From: Candidatus Nomurabacteria bacterium
Lineage (GTDB): Bacteria > Patescibacteriota > Minisyncoccia > Phycocordibacterales > UBA9973
NCBI GenBank assembly: GCA_026395965.1
Contig: JAPLXS010000012.1
Span: 115,977 to 179,976 of the forward strand
Direction: 5' to 3'
Length of the DNA stretch: 64,000 nt
Shown in pieces: positions 30,701 to 39,790 of this stretch (the first letter of the stretch is position 1; each line of letters opens with the position of its first letter). The translations under genes were made by a program, and so were the position numbers. The notes beneath the pieces are model-generated. The model saw nothing but the letters and a program-made list of their open reading frames with translations, was not told where the DNA came from and made no database searches.

Positions 30701-31462
30701 TTATATTAAATCTTGATTAGCAATCAAACCTTCAAGTATCTCTAACTCTTCTTTTGTATTTGGCTGAAAACCTTCTATTATATTTTTAACTGAAACAGCT
30801 TCTATGTGCTTACCTTCTTGACTTGCTATTTTTACTAAATCAGTTAAATAATATTCACATTGAGCATTCTCATTTTTTAATTTATCTATATTTTTCCAAA
30901 GCCATACAGAGTCAAATGCGTATAAAGCAGGATTCACTTCATGTATTTCTTTTTCTTTATCATTTGCATCTTTGTATTCTACTATACCTGATACCTTACC
31001 ATTTTTATCTCGCAATACTCTGCCAAAATTTATTAGCCCAGCTCGCCAATCCTTAAAATCGGGAAGAACAACAGTCCCTAGGGTAATAATTGCATTTGTA
31101 TTTTTATGTGTATTTATAATATCTTGAATTGTATCCTTTGATATCAAAGGTTGATCAGTAGATAATATAACAATTATTTTATGGTCTGGATGAGTAGAAT
31201 CTTTAGCACAAAGAACAGCATGTCCTGTTCCAAGTTGATCCTCTTGATTAGCATAGTTATGACCATGTCCCAATACATCAAAAATACGCTGTTTCTTATG
31301 ACCTACAACTATAACTGGATCTATCTCTAAATTTAAATGAGATACTGTATCTAATATATGCTTTAAAAAAGGCTTACCCGCAAGCATAGCAAGTGCTTTA
31401 GGATCATCTGATTCCATTCTTTTACCTTTACCTGCTGCTAATATAATTATTTGTGTATTCAT
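30701..31462 (-). CDS. Sugar-1-phosphate nucleotidyltransferase, GlmU N-terminal-domain-like (no LbH acetyltransferase domain)
   Basis: [32 protein letters not shown] matches the GlmU/RmlA G-x-G-x-R-M NTP-transferase signature; 253 aa. Confidence 0.75.
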   Translation of the reverse strand: MNTQIIILAAGKGKRMESDDPKALAMLAGKPFLKHILDTVSHLNLEIDPVIVVGHKKQRIFDVLGHGHNYANQEDQLGTGHAVLCAKDSTHPDHKIIVILSTDQPLISKDTIQDIINTHKNTNAIITLGTVVLPDFKDWRAGLINFGRVLRDKNGKVSGIVEYKDANDKEKEIHEVNPALYAFDSVWLWKNIDKLKNENAQCEYYLTDLVKIASQEGKHIEAVSVKNIIEGFQPNTKEELEILEGLIANQDLI

Positions 31463-31639
31463 AGAAAAATTGAGATAAAATTTTAATTAAAAAGATGGAG
31501 AATTCATACAGAACCGCAATTAAGCAGGTAGAACCCTGTGTATGATTTGAATACTACCTATTCGGGTACTTTTCAATTTGCAAAGCAAATAATGAAAAGT
31601 CTTTCAAATCCCTCACGCATGTGAAGCAGTTCACATGCT

Positions 31640-31679
31640 ACCGCGCACAAAAATTGCATTAGCAATTTTTGTGCGCGGT
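31640..31679. terminator. Perfect 18-bp hairpin that includes the tRNA-Val 3' acceptor strand plus its trailer
   Basis: ACCGCGCACAAAAATTGC-atta-GCAATTTTTGTGCGCGGT. Confidence 0.5.
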
Positions 31680-31744
31680 GAGGGATTTGAACCCCCGACA
31701 TCGTCAACGTCAATGACGCGCTCTACCAACTGAGCTAACCGCGC
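31672..31744 (-). tRNA. tRNA-Val (anticodon GAC)
   Basis: Reverse complement folds as a cloverleaf: GCGCGGT-TA-GCTC-AGTTGGTA-GAGC-G-CGTCA-TTGACGT-TGACG-ATGTC-GGGGG-TTCAAAT-CCCTC-ACCGCGC-A, 73 nt, no encoded CCA. Confidence 0.85.
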
Positions 31745-31842
31745 AAGCTTTTATATTTTAAATGAAATTATAATTTTAAACTACACTACAATGCTTTTTC
31801 CACCAAGACAGCATAACCGCGCAAACTTATTCTTTACAAAGC

Positions 31843-31929
31843 GGAGGGTACAGGATTTGAACCTGTGATCCTCTTACGAGGATTACGCTTTTCGAAAGCG
31901 GTGCATTCAACCTCTCTGCCAACCCTCCG
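31843..31929 (-). tRNA. tRNA-Ser (anticodon CGA), type II with long variable arm
   Basis: Reverse complement GGAGGGT-T-G-GCA-GAGAGGTTGAA-TGC-A-CCGCT-TTCGAAA-AGCGT-AATCCTCGTAAGAGGATC-ACAGG-TTCAAAT-CCTGT-ACCCTCC-G, 87 nt, G73 discriminator. Confidence 0.8.
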
Positions 31930-32118
31930 CTTTATACAGGATGAAAGCAGTATATTCAATTTATCAATCATTCAATCTTAAATATACTTTCTTAAGTATA
32001 CAAGAAATTTATTATATACTCAACACATTTAGACGTTGGACATCTAGAAAAATAAAATATAAACCCTTATAAAATAAGGATAATTATCTCTTAGACGTCC
32101 AACGTCTAAGAGATAATA

Positions 32119-33627
32119 CTATTTTACAAGACTCTCCCCTGTCATATCTATTGGTTTTTTTAGTCCAAATATTTGCAAAATAGTAGGTGCAACATCCGCC
32201 AGTATTCCAGTATCTTTTAGTTTAATATTCATATCTGTACAAATAAATGGAACTGGATCACTAGTATGAGAAGTATGCCTAAGTCCTGAAATCGGGTCGA
32301 TATTTATTTCAGCATTTCCATGATCAGCTGTTATACAAGCTACTCCTCCATTTATAGTAAGTGCTTCTAGGATTCTACCCAATTCTTTATCTATTTCCTC
32401 TACTGCAGTTATAATAGCTGGCACTTCTGCGGTGTGTCCCACCATATCTGCATTTGCAAAGTTTACCAAAATAAAATCAGTACCGTTTTTAATTTGTTCT
32501 ATAACTTTATCTGCTATTTGTTCTGCTCCCATTTTGGGAGCCAGATCATAGGTTTTTATGTCTTTGCGGCTAGGTATTAGAATATGCTCTTCTCCTTTAT
32601 AGCAACCTTCGGCACCACCATTAAAGAAATATGTAACATGTGCAAATTTCTCTGTTTCTGCGATGTGTGCTTGTTTTAGACCAGATTCAGAAATCTCTTT
32701 TGCTAAAGTTGTATTTATTTTGATTGGTGGATAAGCTACCAATGTAGGGTATTCCTCACCATAATTTGTCATTGTAGCAAAACAAATATTTTCTTCTTTT
32801 TGTTTTTCAATTATTTTTGAGGTAAGTTGTCTTGACCTATCTGCTCTATAGTTAAAAAAGAATACTCCGTCATTTTTTTGTAAAAAATATTTTTCACCAT
32901 TTTCCCCTTCACAAACAAATGGAACTAGGTATTCATCTACTTTTCCTTCCTTATATAAATTTTCTACATATAAAGATGGTTCGATATTACAAATATCTCC
33001 CTTCCCTTCAAAAATAACTTCTTCTGCTTTTTTTAATCTATCCCAATTTTTGTCTCTATCCATAGCATAGAAACGACCAGAAACTGAGGCAATATTTCCC
33101 ACTCCTATTTCTTTTATTTTATCTTCTAATTCTTTTATATATAAAGCAGCGCTCTGTGGTGGAGTATCTCTTCCATCAGTAAATACATGTACTGCTACTT
33201 TTAAAACATTCTTTTCTTTTGCTGCCTTTAAAAAAGCAAATAAATGTGACATGTGACTATGAACACCTCCATCAGAAAGAAGCCCCATCACATGCAGAGT
33301 AGAGTTATTATTTTTTACATGGTCAAAAAGAGTTTCAAAAACAGTATTTGAATAAAATGAACCATCGTTGATATCTTTATAAATCCTGACTAAATCTTGG
33401 TCTAAAACTTTGCCTGCTCCCATGGCCATATGACCTACTTCACTATTTCCCATTTGACCATCAGGAAGCCCTACAGCAAGCCCAGAAGCGCTCAAAAGAG
33501 CATGTGGGTAAGTATTCCACAGATTGTCATATATCGGCTTTTTTGCCTGAAAAATCGCATTATCTTTATGTTCTTCTCTGTATCCCCAACCATCTAGAAC
33601 AATAAGAGCTACTTGTTTTTTATTCAT
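32119..33627 (-). CDS. gpmI: 2,3-bisphosphoglycerate-independent phosphoglycerate mutase
   Basis: 502 aa. N-terminal LIVLDGWGY and the conserved metal-binding His/Asp of the iPGM family (ADHGNAE). Confidence 0.9.
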   Translation of the reverse strand: MNKKQVALIVLDGWGYREEHKDNAIFQAKKPIYDNLWNTYPHALLSASGLAVGLPDGQMGNSEVGHMAMGAGKVLDQDLVRIYKDINDGSFYSNTVFETLFDHVKNNNSTLHVMGLLSDGGVHSHMSHLFAFLKAAKEKNVLKVAVHVFTDGRDTPPQSAALYIKELEDKIKEIGVGNIASVSGRFYAMDRDKNWDRLKKAEEVIFEGKGDICNIEPSLYVENLYKEGKVDEYLVPFVCEGENGEKYFLQKNDGVFFFNYRADRSRQLTSKIIEKQKEENICFATMTNYGEEYPTLVAYPPIKINTTLAKEISESGLKQAHIAETEKFAHVTYFFNGGAEGCYKGEEHILIPSRKDIKTYDLAPKMGAEQIADKVIEQIKNGTDFILVNFANADMVGHTAEVPAIITAVEEIDKELGRILEALTINGGVACITADHGNAEINIDPISGLRHTSHTSDPVPFICTDMNIKLKDTGILADVAPTILQIFGLKKPIDMTGESLVK

Positions 33628-33777
33628 TATGTTTAATGCAGGTCAATGCTAGTTTAAAACTAACTTAAATCTACTATTGTTAAATTAATCATATATTCCA
33701 TATTATTTACAATAACTTATGTATATAATCGGATTTGTAAGACTATTATAACAAATTATATGATTTTTGTATTTAGA

Positions 33778-34719
33778 TTATTTTTTAAAAAATAATTCTC
33801 TTAAATCGTTTATTTCTTTTTTTAATTGGGATATTTTTAAAACATTGCTTGACAAGTTTTTATTAATTTTTTCTAATTCTTTTGTTTTTGAGATAAGTTG
33901 TTCTTGTATATTGATTTTTGATTCATTTGTTTTATTTAATATGTCCTCAAACATATTTTTTAATTCCCCAATTTCATTATCACTAGAAGGAAAGATTTCC
34001 AAATTTTTTTCATTTTGCAACATATTCGATAAAGACAATATAGAAGTAGAGATTACTTTATTTAAACGTAACCCAACCAAAGTTGCCAATAATCCAGACA
34101 ATAAAAAGATAATCAGATATATTGCAAATATGCTTTTTTCTTTACTTACAATATCTGATGCTTTTATATCTATACCCAACACACCCTCTATTTTACCGTC
34201 TTTATCATAAAATGGAGCATATCCAGAATACCATGTACCCCATTTATCAGTTGTAAAATTATCTTCTGTTACTGTATTTTTAATAGTTGAAAAATTATTT
34301 TTGAGAAATGGACTAGCGTCATCGTAAACATCACCAAGATGAGAAACATTTATTGGGCTTTCTTCTGCATCCACAATAAAAGATACATCTTTATTTTCAT
34401 TCTCACGCATTGTATATATATAATAAATATCTTTAGAACTATTGCGTATTTTTTGGAGAGTTGTCTTTATATCTTTATATGCTTGAGTACTTTCATCGGC
34501 TCTTGTTTTTAGTGAGCTATGTTTTTCTGCATCAACTTGCAATACTGCCATACTTACCATAGTAGATAAATGCATTTTTAGATCTTCTCTGCTAACTTTT
34601 AGAAAATATGAATAAGAAAAAAAAGAAATTAGACCCATTAATATTATAGAAGATAGTATTAAAGTAATTGTAATTTTTGTTCTAATCTTAAAGTATTTTT
34701 TAAGTTTTAAATTTTCCAT
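33778..34719 (-). CDS. Membrane sensor-like protein: TM, Cache-like extracytoplasmic domain, TM, HAMP-like segment and coiled coil, with no output domain
   Basis: 313 aa. The extracytoplasmic GVLGIDI motif is typical of Cache domains. After TM2 comes the HAMP-like DNEIGELKNMFEDILNK. The C-terminus is a heptad coiled coil. Confidence 0.45.
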   Translation of the reverse strand: MENLKLKKYFKIRTKITITLILSSIILMGLISFFSYSYFLKVSREDLKMHLSTMVSMAVLQVDAEKHSSLKTRADESTQAYKDIKTTLQKIRNSSKDIYYIYTMRENENKDVSFIVDAEESPINVSHLGDVYDDASPFLKNNFSTIKNTVTEDNFTTDKWGTWYSGYAPFYDKDGKIEGVLGIDIKASDIVSKEKSIFAIYLIIFLLSGLLATLVGLRLNKVISTSILSLSNMLQNEKNLEIFPSSDNEIGELKNMFEDILNKTNESKINIQEQLISKTKELEKINKNLSSNVLKISQLKKEINDLRELFFKK

Positions 34720-34892
34720 ATTTATTTATTAGATATATTATATATCTAAATTTAGCGAATAAAATAAAAAGTAATAACATTAATATTATACACCCGTCAA
34801 ATTTATAAATAAAGCATAATATACACCACAATATGGTAAAAAATAAAAGCTGATTTGCTACGCAAATCAGCTTTTTGATTTAAGTAATTTAT

Positions 34893-35153
34893 TTAAATTA
34901 CCTTTTTTTGTTTTTTGATATAATTTAAAAATAATATTATTGTTAAAATAAAAAATATAACTACAATAATTTTATTATCTTTAAATATATTCAATAAAGG
35001 AGCAAGGATTTCAATTTTTTCTTTTGAAGTTATATAAACAAGAATATACAAGAAGCATACACCTGCCATACTACCCAAAATAAAAATATTAACAAATACG
35101 AATAAAAGTTTTGTAATACCTACAAAACAGTTATATATTTTTATTAAATTCAT
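34893..35153 (-). CDS. Small hydrophobic protein (3 predicted TM helices)
   Basis: 86-aa ORF composed almost entirely of hydrophobic segments. Confidence 0.3.
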   Translation of the reverse strand: MNLIKIYNCFVGITKLLFVFVNIFILGSMAGVCFLYILVYITSKEKIEILAPLLNIFKDNKIIVVIFFILTIILFLNYIKKQKKVI

Positions 35154-35333
35154 AATATCAAGTTTTATTAGTTAATTTGAGCAATAGATACCTTGTATCT
35201 GTTATTCAAATTAACCAATATTCCATAATACACTTTTTATTATATTATCACACATATAGTAATGTGTCAAAATAATTTAATCAAAAAAATAATATAAAAA
35301 TTAAATCCCCTACTTATGTAAGGGATTTTTTGT

Positions 35334-35996
35334 TTAACAAATTTTAATTTTTTCGTTTTTATTAAAAAATGAAAAAATAAATTTATCTTTAATTTCTTCT
35401 TTTTGCTTCGAAGTAATAACACCAGGAAAGATATTGCAATATTGGTCTAATATGAACTTATTATAACAATAAAATTTAATTGAATGATCACTTACCATAT
35501 TTGTTATACGCATAAGCAAATCCAATCTTTGATAAGTAGACATTGGAATATGCTTAAGTAAAGAGCAATAAAGATTACAAATTAAATTAGGTTGAAATAA
35601 CGATAAACCGCTCCAGATATATTTTGATTTTTTATTATAATCTAATAATGATTTATATATCCCTTCAATAAAAGGAATATAGTAATCGCAGGGCTTAGTC
35701 GAATTTTGCAAATGATAATCAAATATATCTGCAATATTACTATAAATACTAACATCATATACATGACCACTACTTTTATAATTTGAATCTTTCAAGCTAT
35801 TTTCGAGCAATTTTTCACCTCCAGCATATGATAATATCAACAATTCAATATGTTCTGGTTTCAGAGAGTCGCTATTTAAAATTGATTTTATTTTATTTTT
35901 ATTATTTTGAGATAGACCTACAAAAGGACTCTCAAAAAGAACGCATTTTTCTAACTCAACCATAGCTATCTCGTGGTTTTCTATTTTTTCTATCAT
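35334..35996 (-). CDS. Hypothetical protein
   Basis: 220-aa ORF followed by a terminator-like hairpin (aATCCCTacttatgtaAGGGATttttt at about 35303-35330). Confidence 0.45.
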   Translation of the reverse strand: MIEKIENHEIAMVELEKCVLFESPFVGLSQNNKNKIKSILNSDSLKPEHIELLILSYAGGEKLLENSLKDSNYKSSGHVYDVSIYSNIADIFDYHLQNSTKPCDYYIPFIEGIYKSLLDYNKKSKYIWSGLSLFQPNLICNLYCSLLKHIPMSTYQRLDLLMRITNMVSDHSIKFYCYNKFILDQYCNIFPGVITSKQKEEIKDKFIFSFFNKNEKIKIC

Positions 35997-36059
35997 TTTC
36001 TATATTTTTAAATTTTGATTTATATTACAAATAAAATAGAGTCATGTCAAATTATACAT

Positions 36060-36182
36060 AATATAGACAAGCTTTTCGATTCTCCTCACGGTTCGATTTA
36101 CTAATCGCCGGATGAGAAGCAAGCAGTTGCTTCTCATAGGGCCACAAAAGAAAAGAGCCCCACATTCGTGGGGCTCTTTTTC
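36060..36182 (+). ncRNA. Candidate small RNA: 43-nt conserved module, GCAG-loop hairpin and an intrinsic terminator
   Basis: Module 36072-36114 is identical to 38061-38103. Hairpin GAGAAGCA-agcagt-TGCTTCTC at 36114-36135. Terminator GAGCCCCACattcGTGGGGCTCttttt at 36155-36181. The element lies upstream of both flanking genes, so it is not their terminator. Confidence 0.4.
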
Positions 36183-36187
36183 TACGC

Positions 36188-36589
36188 GTGAGCCTAGTCG
36201 AGATGCGACCATGGAATTCATTATCGTGTAAGGCTTGTTTTAACTATTTGCTATTATATATTTACCCTTCTCGAGAGATAAAATTAATTAAAAGTATAAT
36301 TATATTGCTATATTGTTGTTACTTTTATATAATTATGAATATGGAAAAGTTTAAACCACAAATAAATAATAATATTGAAAATAAAGAATCGCCGGAAGAA
36401 AAACATTCAAAATGGAAAAAAGAAGCGAGGGTATTATTAGAAGGTATTGGATTTTCTACTGGTGTTATTGTGTCATTAAGTCTTATTGAAAGATATTTTG
36501 GAATTGATTTAACATCGAATGCAATAAATTTATCTGCTGTTATATCATCTATGACATATATGGGTATTAGACGCGAAAATTTGAAATAA
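36188..36589 (+). CDS. Hypothetical small membrane-associated protein
   Basis: 133-aa ORF. Its stop overlaps the next start (ATGA), suggesting a translationally coupled pair. Confidence 0.4.
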   Translation: MSLVEMRPWNSLSCKACFNYLLLYIYPSREIKLIKSIIILLYCCYFYIIMNMEKFKPQINNNIENKESPEEKHSKWKKEARVLLEGIGFSTGVIVSLSLIERYFGIDLTSNAINLSAVISSMTYMGIRRENLK

Positions 36590-36590
36590 A

Positions 36591-36881
36591 ATGATAAATA
36601 TAAATGAAATTAAAATAAAATTAAAAGAATTAGGTTTTAAAGATGAAAGTGTCGATACTATTATTTATGATGTCATTCAAGTTATTTTAGCTAAGTCGTT
36701 TGGATCATGTCTCTTGAAATTTCCGGAGAATGAGCAGTCTAAATTAAAGAAATTTTCAATAAATGAATTTGAAGAATATATAGAAAAGAATAAGGATAAA
36801 TTACCAGAATTTTCAGGTGAAGAATTTAAAAATATTTATAATGAAACTTGGAAAAACTATTTTGATACTATCTCAAAATAG
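36591..36881 (+). CDS. Hypothetical protein
   Basis: 96-aa ORF coupled to the upstream gene. Confidence 0.4.
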   Translation: MININEIKIKLKELGFKDESVDTIIYDVIQVILAKSFGSCLLKFPENEQSKLKKFSINEFEEYIEKNKDKLPEFSGEEFKNIYNETWKNYFDTISK

Positions 36882-36935
36882 TTTTAAATCGTCCAAATTT
36901 TAGCCTTATCGAGAGCTCGAATTAGCTTTCGACTT

Positions 36936-36952
36936 GGTGACCCTACCGGGAA
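36936..36952. repeat. 17-nt direct repeat identical to the 3' end of tRNA-Glu (candidate distal att site)
   Basis: ggtgaccctaccgggaa = 50502-50518. Confidence 0.7.
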
Positions 36953-37092
36953 CGGCATTAGCCTTATCTCCCTCGACTAAAACTTTTTATCAAAAAAGTT
37001 TTGTCTGGGCACCAGCTCATCTATTTTTCTTACTAGAAAAATATGATTCCGCTGTTCGATTCCCGAACACAAGCAAAGCAGTTTGCTTGCTC

Positions 37093-37146
37093 AGGGTCAC
37101 AAATTAAAAAATCTGCCTTACAGCAGATTTTTTAATTTGTGACCCT
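37093..37146. repeat. 24-bp perfect palindrome (bidirectional terminator-like) with an A6/T6-flanked stem
   Basis: AGGGTCACAAATTAAAAAATCTGC-cttaca-GCAGATTTTTTAATTTGTGACCCT. A variant copy at 38325-38371 has a different inner stem. Confidence 0.8.
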
Positions 37147-37346
37147 AGGGAGTTCAAATTGGAATCTTATTGTATATCAGATAAAGGGTTTTAAGGATAT
37201 TCTCGCCTGTTTATTAGATAAAACCTGAGTTTGTATCAATACAATAATAGATATTTTGGAAAATAAAAAAATCTGATCAATTTGATCAGATTTTAAAATA
37301 CTCTTTTTTCACGAACCAAGATAACATATTGTAGTACCAATAGGAT

Positions 37347-37895
37347 TTAATATAGATTTAACAATATATATATATTAGGAATTATAGTTTTAGAAAAACC
37401 ATTTATTTCTAAGAGAGTTTTTAAGGACTTCTTAGGAGTGAAAGATATATCATTTACTTTGACAATATCTATTCTTTCTTTCCAATCTACTTCATGAATC
37501 CAATCATAAAAACAATTCCTACGATAATGTTTATAAGCGAAATAACTTCTAGTTTCTTTTTGTTCATCTTCCTTGTATGGATTAAGTAGGACAGTTTCAA
37601 GTAAATACATAACATTTGGTATGTATTCATCAAGTTTTTTAAAGGTTCCTTGATACTCAAGATTAACTTGGTTATCATTTCCATATTCCTTATTTAAAGT
37701 TTCCATCATAATCTTTATTAAACTTTTACTATCTAAATAGGATTGATTCTCTTCCAAATCAATACCAAGAAAAATAAAATAATAAGATAAGGGTCCTTCT
37801 GTGGATTGGAGATGTAATAATTTTATTTCTGAAGGATCAAAAAATAAACCTAAAGACTTCGTAAGTTTAGTTGTAATATTTTCTTTTATTTTCAT
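37347..37895 (-). CDS. Hypothetical protein
   Basis: 182-aa ORF between the two tRNA-Glu-derived repeats. Confidence 0.4.
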   Translation of the reverse strand: MKIKENITTKLTKSLGLFFDPSEIKLLHLQSTEGPLSYYFIFLGIDLEENQSYLDSKSLIKIMMETLNKEYGNDNQVNLEYQGTFKKLDEYIPNVMYLLETVLLNPYKEDEQKETRSYFAYKHYRRNCFYDWIHEVDWKERIDIVKVNDISFTPKKSLKTLLEINGFSKTIIPNIYILLNLY

Positions 37896-38019
37896 CTTCT
37901 TATATTTAAATTGGTTATCACAAATCTCCTAAAAGACCTCTGATAACCAATCAAATATAAATTTGAAAGAACAGTAACATTAAGCAAACAATAACATTAT
38001 TATATATACTCGTCAATCT

Positions 38020-38034
38020 GTGACCCTACCGGGA
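38020..38034. repeat. 15-nt direct repeat matching the tRNA-Glu 3' end (candidate internal or older att site)
   Basis: gtgaccctaccggga. Confidence 0.65.
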
Positions 38035-38546
38035 TATCTTTCTCTACGAGAACAGTATACCTTTTCGATTCTCCTCACGGTTCGATTTACTAATCGCCGG
38101 ATGCGAGACCGGGACCGTGAGTACACTTATCGAACCTTACAGGTTCAGTACACCTTTTCCGTTCGTGAGTACACTCATAATGAAGAACTTTTTAACTCCC
38201 GGGAACCATGATTACATGTTCGGTCGCTCATAATTTTCTGCTGAAAATTTGTGCGACCCCGCCTCAGCTCGTCAGCTTCCGGCTTTCGATTTTTTAAAAT
38301 ATAAATACTTTTATATTTTAAAATCACAAATTAAAAAACCCGACCTTTCAGTCGGAGCTTTTTAATTTGTGAACGTTTAAGTAATAGAACCCATGCAATT
38401 TATTACCCCGCAAGGTTGTTTTTAATAATCTGACTTTTACATTTTAACCCTTCTCGTGCGACTATAAAAAGTGACAAAAGTGACACATCTTGAGATATAA
38501 TTATTACACCCAGGTGTCACTTTATTTAATATGATATAATGAAAAT

Positions 38547-39329
38547 ATGGAAAAATTACCTCAAAAAGTACATGAAAATAAAGATTTGGCGGTACATCTT
38601 GTAAGACATGCGAAAGCATTATATATACAAAATGAATGGGATGATATTGAAACAGCTAATGATATTGGTTCTCCAGAAGGGAAAAAACATGAATTAGACA
38701 AAATTAAAGCTACCGCAGAAAAGATAGCTTCTCTTGTTGAGAAAGGTGAAGAAATAGCTATTTGGGCTTCTCCTACAGGAAGGACTCTTGAAACAGCCAA
38801 GACTCTTAGTTTAGAGTTAAAGAATTTTGGGGTTGAAATAAGAGATGCCAAAAACTCTTATGGTGTAAATATTTTTGATCAAATAGGAGAAGTAAAAAAT
38901 TTTTCTCATGAAATATTTATGAAGTTTGTTAATGGTGGTACTATTAAAATGGAAGGAAATGATATTTTTTTAGAAAAGAAATATACTAATCCTGATAATT
39001 TACCACCTAATATTTATTTTCAACAAGATGCAATACATAATATAGATAAAAAATATAAGGATAGTTTACCCAATATACTACAGGAAGGTGTAGGTAATAT
39101 CGAAAAGTTTTATGAAGTAACAAATAGAATACAATCTGTTCTTAAAAGACTTAATAATTTACATGACAAAAAATACAGAATAATAATAGTAACACATGAT
39201 GCTCTTACTAGTTATTTAGTTAATGAATTTACTAGTGGAGATAAACAAGGAATAGATCCAGCCGAGATGGTTTCATTACTTAGAGAAAATGGCACACTAA
39301 AAGTGTGGTCAATAACTTCAAATGATTAA
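38547..39329 (+). CDS. Histidine phosphatase family (PGAM/SixA-like) protein
   Basis: N-terminal VHLVRHAK (RHG-type motif) and C-terminal IIIVTHDALTSYL (the second catalytic His region). Confidence 0.5.
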   Translation: MEKLPQKVHENKDLAVHLVRHAKALYIQNEWDDIETANDIGSPEGKKHELDKIKATAEKIASLVEKGEEIAIWASPTGRTLETAKTLSLELKNFGVEIRDAKNSYGVNIFDQIGEVKNFSHEIFMKFVNGGTIKMEGNDIFLEKKYTNPDNLPPNIYFQQDAIHNIDKKYKDSLPNILQEGVGNIEKFYEVTNRIQSVLKRLNNLHDKKYRIIIVTHDALTSYLVNEFTSGDKQGIDPAEMVSLLRENGTLKVWSITSND

Positions 39330-39733
39330 GCTCTGAATTCGTTTAGCCCATCAGAATATCCTTCAACAACTTTAATTAAAATAGGTTTTTCAAAGTATTC
39401 GATAAGACCATTGTCGAACGCCTTTTGTAATAACTCATTTGAATATAGAGGATCTAAGTTTTTAATACAGGAGAGAGTGATATGCGGGAATTTATTTTTT
39501 GATTTTATGTTTTCGACTAAAAGAGCATCTCCCTTTTCATCAGTAGCTCTACCTAAAATTTTAATATCGTATATTTCTCCAACATTTATATCATTTAAAT
39601 TATTTGGTTTAAACTCAATAGTAGAATGGTCACCAAAAACCGCTTCGTGTTTAGGTGAAAAAATTTCTAAGATTCTGTTAATATCAATTACAAATAACGC
39701 AGTGCACAAAATTTCTTTATTATCCATACTCAT
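39326..39733 (-). CDS. Hypothetical protein
   Basis: 135-aa ORF convergent with, and overlapping, the neighbouring gene end. Confidence 0.35.
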   Translation of the reverse strand: MSMDNKEILCTALFVIDINRILEIFSPKHEAVFGDHSTIEFKPNNLNDINVGEIYDIKILGRATDEKGDALLVENIKSKNKFPHITLSCIKNLDPLYSNELLQKAFDNGLIEYFEKPILIKVVEGYSDGLNEFRA

Positions 39734-39790
39734 TATTATACTATATATGTTTATTGCTTTAAAAGATATTTTGTTCTATTATCTTTATAT

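Noticed and set aside
33628-36059. IS element or transposase in the accessory region
   Set aside because: No ORF shows a DDE/HUH transposase motif. The ORFs there are small hydrophobic or uncharacterised proteins
38020-38211. 63-aa ORF in the repeat-rich intergenic block (and 38437..38619 on minus)
   Set aside because: It overlaps the 43-nt repeat module and tRNA-derived fragments. It is Arg/Thr-rich low-complexity, has no start context, and is more consistent with non-coding repeats
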